From a virus: 64,000 bases of DNA. Below are positions 56,333 to 62,848 of the stretch, piece after piece; position 1 is the stretch's first letter, and the number at the start of each line of letters is the position of its first letter. Position numbers and translations under genes: made by a program. The notes beneath the pieces are model-generated. The model saw nothing but the letters and a program-made list of their open reading frames with translations, ran no database searches and had not been told where the DNA came from. The stretch lies in the IMG/VR virus record IMGVR_UViG_3300009184_000033, positions 68,045-132,044 of that record. The stretch is one strand, 5' to 3'.

Positions 56333-56610
56333 GATGCCTCTGGTGGCATCACATGGACGCCGCCCGGAACTTTGTTGATGGTCCAGCCACGTTGGGTGAG
56401 CTGATTCACGAGAATTGGATTTGGGAGATCGATCGTGTATCCGCCAGTCTCTGCGAGATTCACAGCCTCGATAGCGCCTGCTGGATCCCACTGGGAGTAT
56501 GCTTCGCGAAGGATGCCAAGGGTCCTGTCGGGATTGGGGTTGTATTCTCCATAAGAACCCTCGCCAAGCAGGAATCCACGTGTCATGTCGCGGAACTGGT
56601 TGCTGTTCAT
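56329..56610 (-). CDS. Small hypothetical, leader-like (FLLGEG)
   Basis: GAGGA RBS; start reassigned. Confidence 0.6.
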   Translation of the reverse strand: MNSNQFRDMTRGFLLGEGSYGEYNPNPDRTLGILREAYSQWDPAGAIEAVNLAETGGYTIDLPNPILVNQLTQRGWTINKVPGGVHVMPPEAS

Positions 56611-56617
56611 CTTATCC

Positions 56618-57133
56618 TCACTTTTTCTTCTTTGACTTCTTGACGACAGCCCAGGACTTTGATGGGTTCGCAGAGTTGACCCTCGCCATGGCCCACTGGT
56701 GCTGTGACATTCCCTTCCGTGAGCCAGACCTCGCCCATGCCGCAAGTCCCTTCTCATACTCAGTGTACACAGAACCTGGGGTCAGACCGCGTTTCTCTGC
56801 CTTCTTCTTCAGGGTCTCTTTGGTCTTCTTGGAGAGGGCTTCTACTACGATCTCTTGGATGAGATCAAGCAAGACCTCATGCCCCTCTTTCTGCGAGTCA
56901 GGTCGCGGCTTTGACTCGAACCCAGGCTTCTCGCGCTCCTTCTTCTCCATGCGCTCACGGCGAGCATACGCCCGCTTGATCCTCTCTGGGTCACCAGACT
57001 CCAGATCAGCCTTCGTCATGTCAAGCTGCTTGTCCCGCTTGCTGCCCTCAGGAGCATCATACTGCGGAGGATTTTTGGCCTCCAGCAGTTCTTCCTGTAT
57101 GATCTCTCGCAGCCTGCTCTCTGTGATTTTCAT
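56618..57133 (-). CDS. Leader-family basic protein (MKITESRLREIIQEELLEA)
   Basis: K/R-rich; C-terminal WARSGSRKGMSQHQWAMARVNS. Confidence 0.8.
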   Translation of the reverse strand: MKITESRLREIIQEELLEAKNPPQYDAPEGSKRDKQLDMTKADLESGDPERIKRAYARRERMEKKEREKPGFESKPRPDSQKEGHEVLLDLIQEIVVEALSKKTKETLKKKAEKRGLTPGSVYTEYEKGLAAWARSGSRKGMSQHQWAMARVNSANPSKSWAVVKKSKKKK

Positions 57134-57144
57134 CGAGATTCCAC

Positions 57145-57789
57145 TCAGCCCGATGTATCGATTTCATAGTAGGCGTAGATGCGACCTGAATCGGGGTCTC
57201 GGTACATCTCGAACTTCCACATAGGGGCGCCAGAGAACCTGCTCTGCAGCCACTTCACCGCCTCTTCATCAGAGAGACCCTCTGGCGCGAAGGCAGTGCC
57301 GATATCGGTGTGACCATAGGTGGGACGACCGGCGCCGAGTCCATTCGGTGACATGTTCCTGATGATCATGCCGCCGACACGGAGCTTGTCATCAGCGCGC
57401 CGCTGCTCCTCAGCGCGGGCATTTTCTGCCGAAGTGTGGGAACTCACCGCATCGATGAAGTCCTGGCCTGAGGGACAAGTCCCAGCCTTCGACATCTCAC
57501 CAGCCTTCTGGACGTGGAATGCGATCGCATTGCGAGAGATGCCAGTGGCCTGGGAGATCTGGTCGCAGATCTCGCCCTTGTTTCCACCGGCTCCGAAGAC
57601 CAGACCTGCGCCCATCTCGCACATCATGTCCCAGGCCTTTGCGAGGTCTTGGTGGAGCTCCGTGTCGTTCGGGTGGAGCTTGAACTGTCGCAGCCAGCTT
57701 CGCGTGGTCATGTTTTTCTCGAGGTCCATGGGCGACTCCATGATAGTGCGCCTGATGATCTGGCGAAGTTGCGACTCTGTGATTCTCAT
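57145..57789 (-). CDS. Leader-family protein (MRITESQLRQIIRRTIMES)
   Basis: AGGAG RBS; own ATATTTA motif. Confidence 0.8.
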   Translation of the reverse strand: MRITESQLRQIIRRTIMESPMDLEKNMTTRSWLRQFKLHPNDTELHQDLAKAWDMMCEMGAGLVFGAGGNKGEICDQISQATGISRNAIAFHVQKAGEMSKAGTCPSGQDFIDAVSSHTSAENARAEEQRRADDKLRVGGMIIRNMSPNGLGAGRPTYGHTDIGTAFAPEGLSDEEAVKWLQSRFSGAPMWKFEMYRDPDSGRIYAYYEIDTSG

Positions 57790-57807
57790 GAGATCTCCTA
57801 TCGAGTG

Positions 57808-57814
57808 TAAATAT
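57808..57814 (-). promoter_or_regulatory. ATANTTA motif
   Basis: 18 nt upstream of 57789. Confidence 0.55.
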
Positions 57815-57931
57815 ACCCGCGTGCGGGTTCATTGTGAGCTTGTTCTCTGGCGCGCGTATCAGGTTCCTTGTACAGATCCTTTGATACACTGAGCGAGAAG
57901 CGGACACCCCCTGCGGAAACTATTGCGACTT

Positions 57932-58402
57932 TTAGAAGTCGCGGAGGTCTTCCCTGATGAGGGACCGTATGAGGTGCAGTAGGCTGGATTCGTTGGTCGA
58001 ATCTCCGTCTATTGTCCCTATCTGGCTCGGGTGCGGGTATAGCATGATCCCACGACATCCCGGCGGGAGGTTGTCAAGCTCCTCTTCATCGTCATCGTGA
58101 TGAAGTCTTGAGCCTATTTTGGCGAGAGTGTCCCTCTTCAGCTTGCCGTTCGTGAAGTGGATCTTCGCTATCCCGTCGAGGACTTTCCACTTCCCAAGCC
58201 ACTCGATCGTGTCGTTTCGCATCTTCTCGTAACGGGTGGTGACGATGTGGACCTCGTGGCCGTCACTGATGGCCCGCTTCAGGAGAGCAAGTCCCTCTGG
58301 ATTGGGGCCATCGACAACCACCTCATCTATCTCACCGTCCTCGTCACGGACGTACCTCTTCCAGAGGAGGGTGTCATCGAAATCGAAAGTGACTACGCTC
58401 AT
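57932..58402 (-). CDS. HAD-superfamily phosphatase with C-terminal leader-like tag
   Basis: VTFDFDDTL, IVTTR, LHHDDD; ends NESSLLHLIRSLIREDL. Confidence 0.75.
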   Translation of the reverse strand: MSVVTFDFDDTLLWKRYVRDEDGEIDEVVVDGPNPEGLALLKRAISDGHEVHIVTTRYEKMRNDTIEWLGKWKVLDGIAKIHFTNGKLKRDTLAKIGSRLHHDDDEEELDNLPPGCRGIMLYPHPSQIGTIDGDSTNESSLLHLIRSLIREDLRDF

Positions 58403-59089
58403 TACTCTAGCTTCCAGAGGTACATCTTGCGCACTGTGATCGGACCCATGCCGATCGCCTCCATCTCGTCCTCGACTGTTGGCACACCATCCATCTCATA
58501 GAGGGGAGCACAGTCAAAGAACTTGAGTGGGTTGGCCGCGAGATCCGGCGCAATAGATTACGCCGACAGGCCCCTTTCTGCCGTAGGATGTAGTGCCAGC
58601 AGCGTAGTTCCACACGATACTCGATGTGTCGTCTCGGCTACCGAGCTCGGCGGTAGACCACGAAGAAGCCCATCCTCCTGCAGGTGGGTTCACCACACGG
58701 GGCTTGGTGGAGGCAGCAATCTGATCGACTGGTGCGCTCTTGTACCAGTTCGAATAGCCCAGCGCCTTAAGGTCCTCGAGAGTGATGTTGATGCCCCTGT
58801 AAACAGAGGGCACCTCAGGCTCCATGAAGACGTCAGAGTAGATTCCCTTCTTCATGAAACTCTGGATGAGATTGCACTCAGCGCGAGGCAACAGTGGATT
58901 ATCAGTGAAGTGGTTGATGAGGGCATCGTAGAGCGCCTGTTCCTTCGGCTTGTTCGGCTCAGGCGGGACACTGTCCCTCTGGTCAGCGAACGCCCACCTG
59001 CCAAGGGCAGATCTCGGAGAAGCCGCCCCCTCCATGTCTTCCGTCTCTTCCCTGATGATCCGCCTGAACTGCGACTCTGTGATTCTCAT
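58402..59089 (-). pseudogene. Frameshifted leader-family ADP-ribosyltransferase-like gene
   Basis: MRITESQFRRIIREE, VYRG, ASSWST in frame 1 (stop at 58514); second frame from 58551 gives APDLAANPL..VEDEMEAIGMGPI..LE* whose TAA overlaps next ATG. Confidence 0.7.
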
Positions 59090-59120
59090 TTTATCTCCTG
59101 CCGAAGCATTCAGCGGCGTG

Positions 59121-59693
59121 TTACTCAACCCAACCCATGCGCATCCTCGTGCTGGTGGCATCGGCGGCCTTCTGTTGGGCTGGAGTCATCTTCATGCGCT
59201 TCAGCAGTGTCTCTGCAGACTCCAGGGTCCGGAGTATCTTCTTGAAAGAGCGGGTTAGCTCTGCCTGGAGGGGTTCGTCACTGGGGAACAGGAGCTTGTT
59301 CACCTGTACGGTGACGGTCTTCCGGGAGAGCTTGTTATAGTAAATGAGGTCTCGCAGGCGCAGGAAGTTACCCCTCAGCGCCGGCCTGTCCTGTGCCTCG
59401 ACGTTCTTGTCCATCTCGGACTTGATCTCATCGTATGCGGGCTCAATCACGTTGACAAGCTCCTCACCGAGCTCCTGAAGGGCCTCGCCGTGGTACCAGG
59501 CCTTCTGCTTCTCACCAGGTGTGAAACCGACTCCCCTCTTCACCGGCGCCTGCATGATTGCATCTCGGTCATCCTTGAACTTCTTCAGGATTGCCTGACG
59601 CTCCCCACGCTTTGCGGTGTACTCGGGAGTCTCGATGCTCTCGAGGATCTCCTGTCGGACGATCTTGCGTAGCTGCGACTCTGAGATTCTCAT
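59121..59693 (-). CDS. Leader-family protein (MRISESQLRKIVRQEILES)
   Basis: AGGAG RBS. Confidence 0.8.
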   Translation of the reverse strand: MRISESQLRKIVRQEILESIETPEYTAKRGERQAILKKFKDDRDAIMQAPVKRGVGFTPGEKQKAWYHGEALQELGEELVNVIEPAYDEIKSEMDKNVEAQDRPALRGNFLRLRDLIYYNKLSRKTVTVQVNKLLFPSDEPLQAELTRSFKKILRTLESAETLLKRMKMTPAQQKAADATSTRMRMGWVE

Positions 59694-59701
59694 GTTATCT
59701 C

Positions 59702-60097
59702 CTATACGTGCTCGATGTCCATATCATGAAGGATCATCTGTGTTCCATCCTCCAACTTCACGTAGTGGTGACGGTACTCCTCTCGACCTCCCGGCCCAGG
59801 AACCACGACACCCTCCATCCCGTTGGCGTTCTTGTACTTGTCGGAATGGATTCTTCCAGGTGCTCCCTTCGGCATGTTGACGTTGAGGTTGATCCTCACT
59901 GCATCTCCGTGCTTGAAGAACACCTTCTGTTTCCACACAGGACTGTATAGATCACGCCAGTCATCGCTCTCCCTTCTCTTGAAAGTATCGGTCCACGGAC
60001 GTCCGGGAATGTTCCTCATGATGTCGTCATCGTACTCGGATTCCCTCAGGATCTCCTCACGGACGATCTTGCGAAGCTGTGATTCTGTGATTCTCAT
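59702..60097 (-). CDS. Leader-family protein with KOW/SH3-like C-terminus
   Basis: MRITESQLRKIVREEILRES; FKHGDAVRI..GVVV..YVKLEDG. Confidence 0.8.
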   Translation of the reverse strand: MRITESQLRKIVREEILRESEYDDDIMRNIPGRPWTDTFKRRESDDWRDLYSPVWKQKVFFKHGDAVRINLNVNMPKGAPGRIHSDKYKNANGMEGVVVPGPGGREEYRHHYVKLEDGTQMILHDMDIEHV

Positions 60098-60121
60098 GTT
60101 TGTTACCCAGGAGTAGAAATG

Positions 60122-60454
60122 TCAATATTGTCCGCGAGAATAATCGGGCTTTAGTCTTCCCCAGTACTTGCCAGTCTTGGGATCCCTGTAAACCAGTATG
60201 TTTTTGTGTGAACCCGTGCGGCCTCCCAGCACAACGGTGTTGTATGCAGCCTCAGGGCTAGGGTAGAGCATGTACCCTCCATATACGGGTTCATCTATAA
60301 CTGGTTCCCCGTTTGGAAGTCTGTAGTTCGGTCCGATCACCTCGGTCTTCGGTTCAGGATAGCGCTTCTCGAAGGGCAAAGTGTTCCAGTCTTCCTCATC
60401 GTCATTGAACATTTCACGAATTAGATTCCTGAGCTGGGATTCAGTGATTCTCAT
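60122..60454 (-). CDS. Leader-family protein (MRITESQLRNLIREM)
   Basis: Start reassigned; GGAGAG RBS; ATAGTTA upstream. Confidence 0.8.
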   Translation of the reverse strand: MRITESQLRNLIREMFNDDEEDWNTLPFEKRYPEPKTEVIGPNYRLPNGEPVIDEPVYGGYMLYPSPEAAYNTVVLGGRTGSHKNILVYRDPKTGKYWGRLKPDYSRGQY

Positions 60455-60473
60455 TCTCTCTCCAATACTCGAG

Positions 60474-60480
60474 TAACTAT
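60474..60480 (-). promoter_or_regulatory. ATANTTA motif
   Basis: 19 nt upstream of 60454. Confidence 0.55.
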
Positions 60481-60752
60481 ACTGCCGCCGGTGAAATTTC
60501 ACCATCTGTGCCGACAGACGTGCCGACAGACGTGCCGACAGACGTGCCGACAGGCACGAGGTTGCGCGGGTGGTAGGAGACCACCCGCCCCTCGAAGAGC
60601 ACGTCGACGGCGCCGTCAGGCGCCCAGACCTGCCGCTCGCGGTCGGTGGGCCCGATCACCACGCCCAGCCCCGCCGGGTTCTTCGCGTGCGGGCTCCGCC
60701 GGCGCACCAGCGTCCCCGCCTCGATCCCCACCACGCCCGGCGTGTCCGGCAT
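60477..60752 (-). CDS. Small KOW/SH3-like protein with VGTS repeat tail
   Basis: EAGTLVRRR..LGVVIG; AGGAGG RBS; start reassigned. Confidence 0.6.
   Translation of the reverse strand: MPDTPGVVGIEAGTLVRRRSPHAKNPAGLGVVIGPTDRERQVWAPDGAVDVLFEGRVVSYHPRNLVPVGTSVGTSVGTSVGTDGEISPAAV
60508..60553. repeat. 12-bp tandem repeat (gtgccgacagac) x3.8
   Basis: Exact copies at 60508, 60520, 60532, partial at 60544. Confidence 0.95.
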
Positions 60753-60827
60753 CTCGCCTCCTGCTGGGATATAATCAGGCGCGTGACCGCAGGTCACCCC
60801 GCCGGAAAAAAATCCGGCCGGCGCCGC

Positions 60828-61118
60828 TCAGCCCCGCCGCACCCGGCATGCCGCACTGAAGGCGTCCCACACCGCCCAGTGGGCCTCGGCGTCCCGGGAT
60901 CCCAGGTCCTCGGCACCCGCGAGCACCGCATCGAGCCGCCTCTGCCCGTCGAGCACCGCGTCGCGGACCTCCGCGAGGATCCCGTCGATCTCCTGGTCGA
61001 CCCGGTCGCCGTAGAGCCCGTACTTGCTCCCGCCGAAATCCATGTCGTCGTGTGACTCGGCGAGGCGCCTCGCCTCGTCCCGCACGATCCGCCTCAGCCG
61101 TGACTCCGTGATCCGCAT
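60828..61118 (-). CDS. Leader-family protein (MRITESRLRRIVRDEARRLAES)
   Basis: AGGAG RBS; ATAGTTA upstream. Confidence 0.75.
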   Translation of the reverse strand: MRITESRLRRIVRDEARRLAESHDDMDFGGSKYGLYGDRVDQEIDGILAEVRDAVLDGQRRLDAVLAGAEDLGSRDAEAHWAVWDAFSAACRVRRG

Positions 61119-61140
61119 CTCTTGAACTCCTGTACGCGAG

Positions 61141-61147
61141 TAACTAT
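61141..61147 (-). promoter_or_regulatory. ATANTTA motif
   Basis: 22 nt upstream of 61118. Confidence 0.55.
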
Positions 61148-61352
61148 ACCGACCCGGTGGCATGTGTGGATGCAATGAAAGTGCACCGGTGCGCTGTCAT
61201 GCGGGGGCCCGCAGGGCCCCGGCCAGCCGCCGCCTTGGATTCCATGGCATGCCGGACGGGTGAACCACGCGGGGCACGGGAGTTGGCATGCTGTCTCCCC
61301 ATCGGTGGCATGCATGACCCCGCGCGCGGGGAGGCCGGGGGACCCGGCGGGG

Positions 61353-61533
61353 CCCAAAAATCTCCCGGGAAAAAATCGGGCACGGGGGCACACGGGACTC
61401 TCGTTCCCGCGCGGGAAATCGGGTACCTCGGGAGAATCGGGAAGGGGTGGGCCCAGTGGAAGCCAAAATTTTCTCGGGAAAAACCAGACTCGAGAAGCCC
61501 AGTCAAAGCCAAAAAGTTCTCGGGAAAAAAAAG
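61353..61533. repeat. Three imperfect A-tract repeats CCAAAA-N-(C/T)CGGGAAAAAA
   Basis: Copies at 61353, 61462, 61508 in a GC-rich non-coding stretch. Confidence 0.75.
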
Positions 61534-61642
61534 AATTCCACCTTAGCCAGGCCTCCCCGCGAGGCCCCCGACAGAGCATGCAGCGGGCCCCCAGAGGGGG
61601 GCCCCCTGGGCCCATTTTTGGGGGCCCTCGAGGGGGCCCCTC

Positions 61643-61754
61643 TGTAACGTTACAATGGCCCCCTGCGGGGGGCTAAATAACATGTTACAGGGGGTGTAAC
61701 ATTGGGCCCCATTGTAACGTTACAATCACTGGGGTGTAACCCTGTAACGTTACA
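61643..61754. repeat. Cluster of TGTAACGTTACA palindromes and TGTAAC half-sites
   Basis: Full at 61643, 61713 (16-bp ATTGTAACGTTACAAT), 61743; GGGGTGTAAC at 61691, 61731; TAACATGTTA at 61678. Confidence 0.9.
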
Positions 61755-61755
61755 C

Positions 61756-62109
61756 TCACCACGCCGCTGGGTAGCGGTCCACGTCCGCCTCCCAGTCACG
61801 GCAGGCGTCGGCCTCGCGGCCGTGGGCCAGGAGCTCCTGCGTCATCTCCTCCCACTCCTCGGCGGTGCGCTCCCGCCAGTCGTACCCCCGGGCGCGGAAG
61901 TTGCGGACCTCCTTGTGCGTCTCCGCCCAGTCGCAGTAGGCGAGGTAGCTGTCGAGCTCGGCGCCCGTGTGCACCCCGGACTCGGCCCAGTACTCCGCGC
62001 TCTCGGGCAGGGTCCCGTAGAAGGTGAGACCCATCGCCTCCGCCCGGGCGATCGTGGCGAGGTTGCGCTCCGCGGCGCGGGTGGCGGCGGTGGTGGTGTT
62101 GCTGGTCAT
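61756..62109 (-). CDS. Hypothetical protein (probable early gene)
   Basis: AGGAGG RBS within repeated cassette. Confidence 0.75.
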   Translation of the reverse strand: MTSNTTTAATRAAERNLATIARAEAMGLTFYGTLPESAEYWAESGVHTGAELDSYLAYCDWAETHKEVRNFRARGYDWRERTAEEWEEMTQELLAHGREADACRDWEADVDRYPAAW

Positions 62110-62114
62110 CTCTC

Positions 62115-62158
62115 TGCCTCCTGAGATCTGTTATTCTGGCGAGATGCGGGTGGGAAGG
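62115..62158 (-). promoter_or_regulatory. Repeated promoter/RBS cassette, copy 1
   Basis: CCTTCCCA-N14-GAATAACAGATCTCAGGAGGCA. Confidence 0.75.
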
Positions 62159-62198
62159 TCCGTGCGGGATTTATTTTGTGCCGCGCCCGGAGCGCAGT

Positions 62199-62405
62199 TC
62201 ACTGCGCTCGGTAGATCGACTGGAGACCGGCGTTCTTCGCGTCCCGCTCGTTGTAGTACCCGCCGCCGGACCAGGTCCCCTTCGGGCCCGTCACCTCGAA
62301 GTGCCACCCGAAGCGGGCCACCTTCCAGGTGGTGAGGGTCCAGCCCGGGAAGTTGTTCACGAAGACGTCGAGGTCGAAGGTCTTGACACTGAGTCGGGTC
62401 TGCAT
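62199..62405 (-). CDS. Hypothetical protein (probable early gene)
   Basis: Preceded by cassette copy 2. Confidence 0.7.
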   Translation of the reverse strand: MQTRLSVKTFDLDVFVNNFPGWTLTTWKVARFGWHFEVTGPKGTWSGGGYYNERDAKNAGLQSIYRAQ

Positions 62406-62407
62406 GT

Positions 62408-62451
62408 TGCCTCCTGAGATCTGTTATTCCGGTGGGACCGCGCTGGGAAGG
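62408..62451 (-). promoter_or_regulatory. Repeated promoter/RBS cassette, copy 2
   Basis: Identical 22-mer and 8-mer, same 14-nt spacer. Confidence 0.75.
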
Positions 62452-62467
62452 ATGCGCGGGACTTATT

Positions 62468-62704
62468 TCAGGCCGCGCTCATGAGCTTCTTGACGCGCTG
62501 TCCCTGCTCCTTGATGACCTCGCCGGTCTTCGTGTCCACCATCTCCAGCGCCCAGTAGGCACCGGCGGACGACTGCTCGTGGTGGAAGACCGCCTTCGCG
62601 ACCAGGAGCTGGCGGACCGGGAACCAGCTGAAGGGCTGGTACTCGACCATGTCGCCGACCGAGTAGCTGACGAGGGTCTTCGTGTTCGTGACTTCGCGGA
62701 TCAT
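62468..62704 (-). CDS. Small KOW/SH3-like protein (probable early gene)
   Basis: SYSVGDMVEY; preceded by cassette copy 3. Confidence 0.7.
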   Translation of the reverse strand: MIREVTNTKTLVSYSVGDMVEYQPFSWFPVRQLLVAKAVFHHEQSSAGAYWALEMVDTKTGEVIKEQGQRVKKLMSAA

Positions 62705-62709
62705 TCTGT

Positions 62710-62753
62710 TGCCTCCTGAGATCTGTTATTCTCGCCGCACCCAGTTGGGAAGG
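62710..62753 (-). promoter_or_regulatory. Repeated promoter/RBS cassette, copy 3
   Basis: Identical 22-mer and 8-mer, same 14-nt spacer. Confidence 0.75.
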
Positions 62754-62848
62754 AGGAACTTGCACAATTTTGTCCGCGCGCAGCGTTGCCCGGCGCGCCC
62801 CCGATTTCCAGCAGGCCATGGTGACCTATTGGCCAGGGGCCAGCAGCC

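Noticed and set aside
57798-58058. 86-aa minus-strand ORF in track
   Set aside because: Overlaps the HAD gene out of frame and the promoter of 57789; no RBS or motifs.
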